A stretch of 61,172 nucleotides of DNA, filler included, from Sphacelaria rigidula (Eukaryota): assembly GCA_964200075.2 (NCBI GenBank). It is 9 parts of 9 records of this genome, joined end to end, with 100 filler letters (N's around TTAATTAATTAA, not from the genome) between each part and the next. Parts side by side here need not be neighbours in the genome. Positions count along the whole stretch, not along the records: positions 20,428 to 27,135 come from CAXNAA020018483.1; positions 27,236 to 33,943 come from CAXNAA020018484.1; positions 34,044 to 40,751 come from CAXNAA020018485.1; 6 more parts are not named here. The stretch is one strand, 5' to 3'. Made by a program: the position numbers and the translations under genes. Below are positions 25,055-37,019 of the stretch, in pieces; position 1 is the first letter of the stretch, and each line of letters begins with the position of its first letter. The notes under the pieces are model-generated. The model was not told the origin of the DNA. It made no database searches and saw only the letters and a program-made list of their open reading frames with translations.

Positions 25055-25531
25055 GGCCGCTCCTCATAACAGACAGAAATAAAAACCTGGAAAAGTGCTG
25101 TTTTGGAGCTTTTTACGTCATTCTACGGTCCAACAGAGAGCTAGGCGGAGTTTGACACTTCGGAATAAAATGCTCTACTAGTTGAAGCGTTTCCAGGAAA
25201 CTTTCTTTCTTTCCGGTGGCCGCAGGTTTTTTTTTGGCCAAACAAAAATTTTGTCCAAGAACGGTAAAAAACAGTCGAATCTAGAAAAAATCGCCACTAT
25301 TCTCTGGACTTGACTGTTTTTACCATTCTTGGACAAAAAAAATGTTGGGCCAAAATGAAAACTGCGGCCACCGGAAAACGGGAAGATGTCCTGGAACCAC
25401 CTCAACTAGTGGAGCAAGTCATTCCAAGTTGTCAAACTCCGCCTAGCTCTCTTTTGGGCCGTAAAATGACGTAGAAGCTCCAAAAAGAGACTTTTCCACA
25501 ATTTTATTGTTGTCTGTTATAAGGAGCAGCC
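25055..25531. mobile_element. 477-bp foldback MITE with ~230-bp imperfect inverted arms, flanked by TTA
   Basis: tta|ggccgctcctcataacagaca ... tgtctgttataaggagcagcc|tta; arms pair along their length (gagagctaggcggagtttgaca / tgtcaaactccgcctagctctc; ttccggtggccgcag / ctgcggccaccggaa). Confidence 0.85.
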
Positions 25532-26682
25532 TTAGAAAGAACCCTTGCCTGCACAACGACCGCACTCACTAGCGATTCTGAGCCCACTGCTCACGACTAA
25601 AAACGTGGAGAATGATCGCTGAATCGATACTTGTAGCTTTTGACTGGATGGGCACGATTGACTTCATTTGAGTTAAACCTGTTCACACCTATTAGGGCAG
25701 AAGCTAGCAAGCAGTTACCCAGATGAGATATTTTTTAAGCCGTGTAATCGTAGTAATTAATAGCTGCCCACGTTCATCATCTGAGCCTTATTAGCAGGCA
25801 ACTATAATAGTTGTACAAACAGGATTCCGATCGCTCCGAACCGAGCAAAATGTGTACAAGCAGCGTGTTTCTAAAGGGATATTGTTAGCAGGAGCGGTTA
25901 CACGAACGCACTTAACTCAAGTGTTTATTGGTCGAATTCGACGAACGATAGATCGGACGAACGGTAAGGTCCACGCGATGACTGGCCAGCAAGAATATAT
26001 GTAAACACGCATAAAATAAAAATTAAGGGACATTCATATCATGAGTTTTTCCTGTTGGTATTCCTCCAACCCTGGTTCACGGGTTGAGATATGACATGGC
26101 ATATGAATCTCCGCCAGCCGTGTTGGCGTAGAATTCGACAGACGATGACTCAAACGGACCGCAAGGTCCACACGACCACCGGCCAGCAACAAAAAAGGAA
26201 GAAAAATGTCCACAAGAGGTCGAGGGATACGCATTTCGTGGATTGTTGTGATGCTTGCAAAAATAGTAAGTTTGTGATGCTGGAACACAAATGCGAGAGG
26301 CGCCAATTTGTTTCGATGTGGTTGGTGTACGGTATGTGTTCGTATATGGGTGGCGCATTCATGATCTTACCTCCCATGGTCAAGTAGTACAGTACAATGC
26401 AGCCCTTGTTTTTTTTCCAAGCGTGAAATCTTTGCTCTACACATTTTGATAGTTCGATTCTCCCTCATCTCAGACCAGTCCTTACGGAACATGATCAAAA
26501 TATTTTTTTTGGCCGATTTTGACTGCCATTTTGTTTCTGCGGCATTTTTGAGCGGCGACAAGAAAAAAAAAACCTTGCCCAACAAAAAACACTCCTGACC
26601 CACACTCCCTTTTTCATTTTTTGGCGTTCCGGAGGAGGGATACTAACTCTTATATAACGACGCACATGATCGGAGACTGGGG

Positions 26683-26960
26683 GAGGCCAGTTTCGTGGAC
26701 TGAGTATAGGTGAATCAAGTCATTTGATATTGGACCAGCTGACGCAAGCTAGTTGATTCAAGAGTACGGGAGGCAAGTTACAAGAACTGAGTGTGGGTGA
26801 ACCAAGTTACTTGATATTAAACTGGCTGAGGCAAGTTACTTGTTTAGCAGTAGGAGGAGGCAAGTTACGGGAACAGACTTTGGAGGAACCCAGTCCCCCG
26901 ATCTTACACTAGCTGCGCCAAGTTGTGGAACTGAGCATAGGAGATCAACATCACTCGATC
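26683..26960. repeat. Degenerate tandem repeat, ~87-bp unit, ~3 copies
   Basis: gaggc.agtt....gaactgagt.t.ggtgaa.caagt.a.ttgatatt recurring at 26683, 26770 and 26857. Confidence 0.65.
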
Positions 26961-27235
26961 CTACTATTGGTGCTTGGTTGGTAAGGCAACTTACTTGAAC
27001 TGCGCACAGTTGCTGCAGCGACAGGAACTGAAATTTGACATTTATAATTATTTACTCAATCCTTTTGGAACCGTTGATGGAAAACTGAGGATTTACAACT
27101 GCGGTTTTTCCCACAATAAATGGCTGTTTTTCTACNNNNNNNNNNNNNNNNNNNNNNNNNNNNNNNNNNNNNNNNNNNNTTAATTAATTAANNNNNNNNN
27201 NNNNNNNNNNNNNNNNNNNNNNNNNNNNNNNNNNN

Positions 27236-27484
27236 CAATGGCTATCGATATATACAACCCAGAATCTATTGCGGTACACCATTTCCATCGATGGCGAGTG
27301 ATCTTTATCTATTGTAATTGCCATAGGCTATCGATCGACCATTGCAACATCTATTGTTCCTTGCAATGCATCTCAATAGATGTCTTTCACCATCTATCGT
27401 GTTCGATAATATATATCGATAGATTTTTCTCCGTGTCTATTGCTGAAGCAATGAACAATTATTGTGTCAATTGTCCAGGGTGTG
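27236..27484. mobile_element. Right end of a hAT-type element (CACACCCTGGACAA family) with atcgat/ctattg subterminal motifs
   Basis: Ends ttgtccagggtgtg, the same TIR as the element at 46549-46718. Confidence 0.6.
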
Positions 27485-28607
27485 CTGTATACAGCTTCTT
27501 GATCCCCATCCACCACGTAGTTGTTCACTGCACCGTGCAAGTCATCGCCAGAGGGATGGGCAGAACTCATGACAGTAGATCCTCTTCTTTGTCCACAGCC
27601 CACCTAGCTGCTTTTAGGGCGTGGTGAAAATGACCACATGGTAGCATGTACACTCCTTGCGGGTTTTTTCCGGCCCACCCTGTGTGAGCGTAAATCACTA
27701 CGTTTCAGTATAGATATGGGACCCGAAAAACGCTCCGGAATAACTCGTGAACGGTATACTGAGTGCAAGTAATACCATGAAACCAAGCTGCGATCGCGCT
27801 GCACTTGGAAACCTGGGAAGGCTTATCTGGGCCAGGGATAAGGCCCCACACGATCTTTGCAGTGGCGTCACATCCAACAACAATTCCCCCGCTGGTCGTT
27901 CGGGTCTGGTCGATAAATTTCGCCTCGCCGTGATTGGGTAGGTCGCTCGAAGACTTACTATTTATTATTCCACTAACACAGGGTCAACCCTGTGTTAGTG
28001 GGGGTCCGGTCCCAAAAGGGTTAGGGCATTATCTAGTTTTTTTTTCTTCTGAAATTTCGAATCCCCATAACTTCCTTATTTTTTAATTTTTTTCTGTGCT
28101 GCTCCCGTCATCTTCTGCATTTCGATCATAAAAAGCTGCTATCAAAATTTCAGCGTCTAATTCCTAATATCTCGCTGTGCGTCGCCTGAGCGAGGTTCGC
28201 GCCTACTCCTGGCTGGCCCAGCTCGTAGAGTATAGGAAGGAGAAGGGAAGAGATGGACCCCAAAGAGAAAGCAAAACGTGTGGTCAAACACAGTTAAGAT
28301 TATCGCTAAGGTTGTAAGCCAAGGTGGAGTATGACTACATAAAACGTACGATCAGTCGTTTGGATTCAGTTGACGACGATTTGCACAGACCCGAGTGTGC
28401 TGCATGGGCAAACATTATAGCTAGCTGACCTAGTACAAGCTTGTGCTGTGGGTGTTCACTGTCCACCGCGGACTGCAACGCGAAAGCGTGCGTTTCATGT
28501 AACATCGTCGAGTTATGGAACCACACGTCACACGCTCGACGGCACGACGGGTTGTCGTGTCTTGGCTGCTGACCCCCATGTTAACGGTGGCTTTCGTGTG
28601 TGACCAG

Positions 28608-28782
28608 ACTGGGCTTGCTGCTGCTGACGATGGTCAATGTGCCGCTCATCATCGCTGGGGTGGTGGTGCTAACTCTGCATTGGGCGGATAAGGACGTGTG
28701 CGAGTCGGTGGATAGGAAGCGTTTGAACTGGTGGGCTTTGGTATCTGTTGTGCGCATGCTGCTTCACACTCCTGTCGTGGCG
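28608..28782 (+). CDS. Internal exon of a multi-pass membrane protein, resembling the N-terminal TM region of membrane-anchored RING-H2 E3 ligases
   Basis: accag acceptor and GTGAGT donor; LGLLLLTMVNVPLIIAGVVVLTLHWADKDVCESVDRKRLNWWALVSVVRMLLHTPVVA. The RING domain itself is not seen, so the family call is tentative. Confidence 0.6.
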
Positions 28783-29443
28783 GTGAGTGCAATAGTGAAA
28801 GGTACCATCCTTGACACCTTGACACCTTGACACCCGTATCAAAAGACGCTGCAAAGATATTCATGCATTTCGGAATGGTTTCCATACCCATCCCACCCGT
28901 CCCCCCCACACACATGGTGCCTGATGAAGCAACGTCCTACCGGTGTGCCTACCTTGTGCAGACACATAGAAGTTCTTTTGGCAGATGGGCTCAATAACTG
29001 CGCGCCCTTTGACCGCCTAGATGCATGTCGTGTTATTAGTGCTTGTGATTGCGAGTTGAGTTACTTGGTTTTTTATGCAGGAAGAGTTTCTGCAGTAGTT
29101 TTTGCCTTCTATCAACTTGACGTCCGAGTGGTTGAAGTAGGTGACAATATAGTAGCTATATTCTCAGTGCATCGGAGTCGTATCGTAGCGTTGTGCGCCT
29201 TTAAGCTATTCAGCTCAACGGGACCGTACCCCTTGAAAAGCAGGGTATGGTAAAAGCGTTACTGTACGTAAATACGTACATGGGCTAAGGTGAACATTCC
29301 ACTGGCACATCGCCCTTTTTTCGTTTTGGGAGATTGTGTTGCGGGATAGGGAGGATTGACGGGGCCATCTCTAGTTTCGTTCGATCGATGTCACACAACA
29401 TGCTCAAGTTGGGAAATGGAATCTGCAGAGCGCAGCTGCGCTG

Positions 29444-32091
29444 AATAGAGGATCCTGCGAAATGGGGTTGAACATCAAAAATGGGATTCAAGTGGCCTTC
29501 CAAAACGTCAGGTTTTTTGCAAAACAGTATTTGCCAAAGCAAAGCATCAGCGCAAAAAAACGTTCTGTTGCAGTTAAGCAGGTGTGGCTAGGTGCACCCA
29601 CTGAATGCACTTAATGCACTGAATGCGGTGTACACGTGTGTCGATGACAGGACCACCGCAGGAGCAATGACGGAGAGGGAGCTCCTCGCCCGTGTCCCTT
29701 GTGTGTCCTCGTCCGGCCATTCCCAATCCCGGAGGGATCGGCATGTCATGTTACCAGCACATACCGAATGTTCCATGTGCCGGTAGGTGGTTCATTATTG
29801 CACAGCCCCCCGAAGAAGATCGGAGTTCCCAGTGTTGACAGATATAGCCGTCTGTTGTCTGTAGCGCTGAACAATGCAAATATCGATTCCTCTCTGCATA
29901 TCGTTTTGGACAGGACGTGCCTCTGTGCGCTGCAGAACACGTCGTCCAAAAGCAGAGCGATGTTCCCGTCATTGCTACTGTTGCCTCACACACACATGCG
30001 AGCACAGCGGTTGCGCCAAGATCAATCGCATGTTGGGGGGTGTTATTATTATCGTTGATTTTACTCGACCCTTGCCACAAGGACAGGAGTCTGTCAAATC
30101 CCAAATGGAGAGATCTATGAAGAATCACTCGTGGAGGTCTTCTTGGCATGCGGAGTGAAAAACGATACCCCTGGCGGTGACTTGGCTGTTGCTGGCGTGG
30201 CCCATATGGGAGCTGCCATGTCGTCATCTATGAGCTTATCTGATGTACAACCAGTCGCGTGCTCAGTAGGGTGTGTATATGTGTGTGTTTGTCTTTCCAA
30301 AATTCCTCGGTGAATGGGTCATCACAAGCTGGGGCGAGATATGTTTTCACCAGGAACAACGGTGTTATATGATTCACCACTCGCCGTTGCATTTGTGACC
30401 CACGCTGTCAAGTGCTGACCAGAAAGGTCTTGCCTGATATCGCCTTTCAAGCAGCGTAGTCGGCAGTAGGTGAAACAAGCCCGGACAATATTTTCGTTGC
30501 TGTACTGACTGCCTGTAAGCAATTCGATGCATACAAATTGCTCAAGCCTTGTGAGGGAGAAGAGGTCTGGCATTTGAATCTCATTCCATAGAATCAAAAC
30601 GGCTCTCGAAAGGAGCATCGCCCGGCTTTTGGACTACGTGTTCTGCAGCGCACAGAGGCACGTCTTGTCCGAAGAGAGATGCAGAGAGGAATCGATATTT
30701 ACCTCGTTCAGCGCCACAGACAAGATACGATTATATCTGTCAACCCTGGACACTCTGATCTTCTTTCGGGGGCTCTGCAACAATAAACCGCCTACCAGCA
30801 CATGAAAAATTCCAAGGTTGTGTTCTGTAAGGTACGGTTTTCTGTATACCCGGGGTATTCTCCCGGGTATGTACCGTACCCGACAGTTCCGTGACTTCTG
30901 TAAGACTCTCATACCGGTACCCGACAGTTCTGTAATCTCTGTGAGACTTTCATACCCTTACCCGATACTTCTGTAGGTTCTGTACAATACATTTACCCGA
31001 ACCCGAAGGGCGGGTACATCCGAAAAGAGTTACCCGATTGCCGGTACCGGTTCTCTGTGAGCCTCCCATACCGTACCCGACAAGTTCTGTAAAGTCTGTA
31101 AGACTTTCATACCGGTACCCCTTGCAGATATACCGCGTTGCAGGTACGAGCACAGGTATATACCCTCTGGAAGTATGGATATAGGTTCAATCGAAACATA
31201 ACCTAATGGCCCGAACATGTACCTCCCAGCTCCTACCACCACACCCTGCCCTCTTATTCATTTCAGCACCCCAACAAAAAAATCCAAGGTTGTGTTCTGT
31301 AAGGTACGGTTTTCTGTATACCCGGGGTATTTTTCCGGGTATGTACCGTACCCAATAGTTCTGTGACTTCTGTAAGACTTTCATATCGGTACCCGACAGT
31401 TTTGTAATCTCTGGAAGACTTTCATACCCTTACCCGATAGTTCTGTGAGTTATGTACAATACATTTACCCGAACCCGAAGGGCAGGTACACCCGAAAAGA
31501 GTTACCCGATTGCCGGTACCGGTTCTCTGTGAGCTTCCCATACCGTACCCGACAGTTCTGCAAGTTCTGTATACAACATTTTCCCGAACCCGAGGGGCGG
31601 GTATATCCGAAAAAAGTTACCCGATTGCTGGTACCGGTTCTCTGTAAGCCTCCCGTACCGTACCCGACAAGTTCTGTAAAGTCTGTAAGACTTTCATACC
31701 GGTACCCGATATTTCTATAAACTCTGTGCGGAATCTCATACCCTACAGAATATACCCGTACCTTACAGAACACAACCTTGGAAATTCGGTATGTGCTGAT
31801 AACATGATACGCCCATCCCTCAGGGATTGGGAATGGCCGAACGAGGACAGACACAAGGGACACGGGCGAGGAGCTTCCTCTCCGCCATTGCTCCTGCGGT
31901 GGTATCGTGATCGACACACGTGTACACCGCATTCAGTGGGTGCACCTAGCCACACCTGCTTAACTGCAACATGAAGTTTTTTTGCGCTGATGCTTTGCTT
32001 TGGCAATACTGTTTCGCATAAAACCTGACTTTTTGGAAGGCCACTTGAACCTCATTTTAATGTTCAACCCCATTTCTCAGGATCCTTTGTT
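29444..32091. mobile_element. Large inverted-arm element: arms ~29444-29943 and ~30636-32091 (right arm interrupted at 30812-31781), ~690-bp spacer
   Basis: 29444-29785 is the reverse complement of ~31787-32091, and ~29770-29943 of ~30636-30811. Confidence 0.8.
30812..31781. mobile_element. Composite TIR element: truncated copy 30812-~31120, ~160 bp unique DNA, full 498-bp copy 31284-31781
   Basis: TIR CCAAGGTTGTGTTCTGTAAGGTACGG / CCGTACCTTACAGAACACAACCTTGG; many ccgtacccga/ttctgtaag internal repeats; AAATT on both outer flanks. Confidence 0.85.
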
Positions 32092-32458
32092 GCTACAACT
32101 TTTGAGCAGTGCATTGAGCGTCTTACGGCGCTCATGCTTTTTGTATTACAAGATCGAGGGAGTGGTCAAGTACAGATCACGGTTTCATCGAGGTTGTGAA
32201 GTGCAGGTCTGAGGTCGGCGTGTACTCAAGCGGTCGAGTACGTACTGCATCGATGTTTCAATGTGCTTTCTGTCAAGTAGGTGGAGGAGCCCGAGGAGAT
32301 GGTCAGAGTCAACTCATATACATGAAGTGCACCACCCCCTGCTTGGGGCAGAGCTCTTTGTTGGCTAAAAACGATTGTCTTTGTCGATTCTAGCAACGCT
32401 CCCAATTGACAAATGACACATTTGTACAGCACGGGTGTACGAGATCCGGACTATTGAC

Positions 32459-32590
32459 CACACCCTGGACAAAAAAAATCATTGTCAAAGATTGTACTGC
32501 GTACAGCATGGAATATTTTGTCTTTTGCACGCATAGTCGACACTGTACGCAAGACACTCTTTGACAACCTAATCTATTGCACAGGGTATG
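32459..32590. mobile_element. Degenerate small hAT-type MITE (CACACCCTGGACAA family)
   Basis: cacaccctggacaa ... ttgcacagggtatg; 8-bp flanks match at only 5/8. Confidence 0.5.
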
Positions 32591-35066
32591 CTGTCCACTG
32601 ACACGTGTGCTCCAAATCGCTCATGCAGAGGTCTATATGACGGTGCAGTGCGATATCATGCCGGTGCACGATTGGTGAAGTTGTGCGGCCAGACCTATCT
32701 AGACGTTGAGATGAGATACATCGGGTTCGATCGCAGCGGTGTTTGCACCTCACTCGAGCAAATCTTATTTTACGGGTGGTGCCATGCGGTGGAATACACG
32801 CATTTAAACATTTGAATTGACACCCAAACGTTAGGTGAGCATTCCTTTGAAAAGTATGAAAGGATGGGGATCTGGCATCGGAACGTGCACTCGGCCGATC
32901 AAAGTCCGGTACTGTATGGTGTTGAGCTATCCGCCAAAGGCATCCAGTGCACCTTTTGTATATCGTTTCTCGGCGCTGAGCACGAACGACGAAGAAGCGT
33001 ATAAAAGGGTATTCGTGTGGTGTCCGCTACCAACCACCAATGCTACACAAGTGATGCTGTCCACTTGTGCGGCGGTGAAGTCACCACATCATCTTCTCTA
33101 CTCACTATTGCTCAGTATTTGAATTCCCTTTTTGCCCCCCCCCCCCCCCCCCCCATCCAACAACCCCAAAATCGGGTGCGAGAAATACAGACAAAAAAAA
33201 AAAAANNNNNNNNNNGGGGGAACCACACCTCCCTTTTTTCTTCCCCCTCTTCCCCCGTTTTTTTTTTCTCCTTTTTCCCCCCCCCCCCCCCCCCCCATCT
33301 TGTCTGAAACTGCGATTTCGGGTCGGGGACCTTGACCTGCAAGAAAGAAGATAGTGATATACCAGTCGGAAGGAAGAGGAAGTAGATGGACAGAATTGCC
33401 CCTGTGAAAAAGCAATAGAGAGCTGAAGTTATTTAGTGGCAGAATGTGTACAAGGACAAACGGGACGTGCTGAAGGGGGAAATGCAAGACGTAAACGAAG
33501 ATGGCATGGTATCGTTTGATGCATCAGACAGTAGCGAGAAAACGATGCTCATAGTAGGAGATAGATGCTGGTCGCAGACGGCGAAACAGGACGGGGAACA
33601 TATATGTGGAGGGTTTTTGTGTAGTATAGGGAAGAAACGTGATGAACATATGGTCAAACAACTAAGGCAAGCAACAAATGAGTACGCCCCCCCCTCTCCC
33701 CTCCTGTATCGTGGTGTACGGTCCGTTCTGTACTGTAATGTTGTGACTGAACAGTTGCACACGTCGGACAGCTCATGATCCGTCTGAAATAACTAATCAA
33801 AAAACACTCGCACATATGTGACCGCAGAGTCAGAGAACCCAAAGCGCAACCTTTGCGCTGCTGGGCCATGTCTGTCTCTGGAAGTGGTGATACCACAGAA
33901 TAAAGCAACTCATTGTAGGCTGTCATCCAAGTGCAAGATAATCNNNNNNNNNNNNNNNNNNNNNNNNNNNNNNNNNNNNNNNNNNNNTTAATTAATTAAN
34001 NNNNNNNNNNNNNNNNNNNNNNNNNNNNNNNNNNNNNNNNNNNTTGAGTCCCCCCGATTTTTTCAAAATCAGGGTCCAAAAAAATCGGGATTCGTTTGCC
34101 ATAAAAGTGGGTCTAAGTTCGCTATTCCGGAATGCTCACGTGGATATTGTAAACGCCGTGTGTTCCTACTCTGAATTTGCGGGAGCAGTAGCCTTACGGC
34201 GCACATACATATCCCCAGAAAACGTGGCCTTGAAATATTGTGTTTCCTTGAGTGGAGTTTGAGCTCGAACATGCAGTAGCAGTCGGAGCTGTGCATTGCT
34301 CGTTGCACTTGACACGAACGAATCATGGGTAGTTTTCACACAGCACCTGCGAAACGCACAGACAGGTTTGGAGATATCTTAGATCAGAAGACGCCTTTTG
34401 GAATAGAAAAGTTCGTTCTCGACACACACACGAACGTGGGCGTACGATAGCATCTAGTTGGCGCGTCTGGTATATTTCGTGAAAAGAGGATGTGCCGACT
34501 TCATGGTTGGACATACCCCGTCCACATACATGGGCGAGAGCGATGATTGATCGATGCCTGTGTATCTTGATGGTATGCTTGAGCACGTGCACGTACACAT
34601 ACACACAGACTTTCAGTGAATAGTGAATATTGGCGCTGGCAGAACGAGCAAACATGACCGGGTCGTCCGGCCGTGTCAACCTATCAGATCCGGAACAGAC
34701 GCAAAACCTGCGGCACAGCGCACACATGTCGCTGACAACACCCATACTACTGTGCCGATTATGTTACTCCTTTACGTGTGCTCCACTAGTATCTATTCCC
34801 CCGCGGCCCCCAACGTGCTATTTCCAGCGTATGCGGTTTTTGATGCACAACACACGTCACCGCTGCTCGGGCGGGTACCACGACGGCTGGGCTAATGATA
34901 TGTTTGCGGCTGCCATGTGCATCGGCACACTGCGCAATGCGCATCCGCACCACTTGACCATCACGGATCCCGCGGCTTCGTTTCCAGAAGACGAGTTCTC
35001 AGATGTGTATGCGTCGAATTGTCAACCATGAATTCTTTGTCGGTCATGAGTAATTGGACATGTTTA

Positions 35067-35500
35067 GGAAGCGAACAGTTACCCATTGAATCAGTGAACG
35101 CTTGCTGAGTCAATGGGTGAATTGTTCGCTTCCAGAACAAAGGATATGCTGTGTGGTCCGTCCCGGCATGACACATCAGTGATCTCCGGAGCTTCCTGCC
35201 GATTGCAAGCCTCACTGTCCACATATCAACTTCCACCAAAGCTCGATCGTCTGGAGACACAAACTCCCGATCTCTTATTCCACAAGCGGACATTTGACCA
35301 TTGAGCCACCAGTGAGTGCTCACTATTTGAATGGGTAAACTCATTCCTTCCTGAACAAAGGATATGCTGTGTGGTCCGTCCCGGCATGATACTTCAGTGA
35401 TCTCCGGACCACACAGCATATATTTTGTCCAGGAAGCGAACAGTTTACCCCTTGAGCCAGTGAGCGCTCACTGGTTGAATGGGTGAACAGTGCGCTTTCT
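35067..35500. repeat. Array of alternating palindromic modules
   Basis: Module A (ggaagcgaacag..cccattga..tcaatgggtga..tgttcgcttcc) x3; module B (atatgctgtgtggtccg...cggaccacacagcatat). Confidence 0.8.
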
Positions 35501-36930
35501 GAAGAGGACACACGACACGCACATGTGGTACGACTTTCGACGCCTCAACATTTCCACCGACTGGTTGATCTGCGGATGAGACGATACAGAGATTCCACAG
35601 CATAGCGCTCTAGTTCGGGGCCATCAGAATCGAGGCGATGTATTGTATCTAGAGCGGCCGTCACGCGGTGTACCGAAAGGGGGGCGTTTTGGGTCTGGTT
35701 TACAAACAATGGGTAGGTCCGATTCATCAGGGCCTCCTCCACGTTTCCCCGAGCTTCCGAGAAGTGTTCCCCGAATATATCCGTTTCCATGATGTTTCCG
35801 GTCTAGACGTTTTCCGAATGGCTCGGTGAGATTTGCTCTTCGCCAATTCGGCGTTGATGGTGGTTGTCGATGAGGGCACCCCTTCGCTATCGAGGCTGAT
35901 GATTTGTCATCGTTCATCCGAAGAGTTGAAGAAGTACACGTGTTGTGGAAATGCCACCACTTTTTCTCTCCGTCTCTCTCTTCCTCTACCTGTCTCTTTC
36001 TCTTCAGTACAACGACGTACGCGGGATACAGTCATTGGCAAAGTGCAGCACGGTGCTATCTTCGATAGGAAGAGCCTGCATGTAGGGCGATGCACCGGGA
36101 GAATTGGGTTGAGGCTGAGTAGATCTCCGTTGTGTTCTGGAACAGTCTGTATCCATCTTCTTTGTCAATTCCAAAACTCAGCTGCTGACCTTCCGGTGAC
36201 ACTCCGGCCGTTTTCTGGCTGATTGAGCTGTTTTGTGGTCGTGGTTTTTCGCATTACCGAACGCGTCGTGCGGTCAGCGTGGAAGTATGATACTTAACCC
36301 CCAGGTACGATGAACATTAGCATGATCCACGTTCGCCCAAGTGAAGCTTCCGTATTTTGATCGAATCTGAACGAGTCGAAGGGTTACTACTGTAGTATTT
36401 CGAAGTCCGACACATTTTCCCCGTACGTACGAACTTGCCTCCTGAGACTCGGCATTTAATCAAATCCGTATCGCTTGTATTAAAAACTGTTTGGATTTGC
36501 GTTCCTGAGTAGCTCCCAAACTTCGCTTTTCTGCAGTCGAAAAGCAGGGATTTTGAGGGGGCCTATATCGAACCTGTAAGTGCTCTTTCTCGCCCGTACA
36601 AATGCCACGACAACGGCCAACGAGAATCTAGGTTTTTAATCGCACTCCGTTTCATCTTGCCAGAGTATTCGGGGTTTTTAAAAGGCCGGGTTAGTTGGAC
36701 AAAGACTCGAGTCTACTTGACTTAAAAAGTGCTCACCCGTCCCTTTTTTGCTCCAGAGGACGTTATGTGCATGTATTTCGTAAGTACATCTACATGTGAT
36801 GTTCCATACACGGCGGTGTATGTCCTCTACCTTGTCCGTCATTGTTGCACATCGCAACAAGATGAACGCTTTCGATACCCCTCCCTCAACCCCTTTACTT
36901 GCCTACTCCGGGATATGTATATCCTCACAG

Positions 36931-37019
36931 ATCTGGCTGAGCTCATGCGCAGGTTGACCAGCTGGAACGCGGACGAGCGCTGGGGGGTAGACGAGGTCAT
37001 CGCCAGTCCGTTCTTCAAG
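36931..37019 (+). CDS. Exon encoding Ser/Thr protein kinase subdomain XI
   Basis: tcacag acceptor and GTGACT donor; DLAELMRRLTSWNADERWGVDEVIASPFFK fits the DL..rLL...P..R....E...HPFF pattern. Confidence 0.7.
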
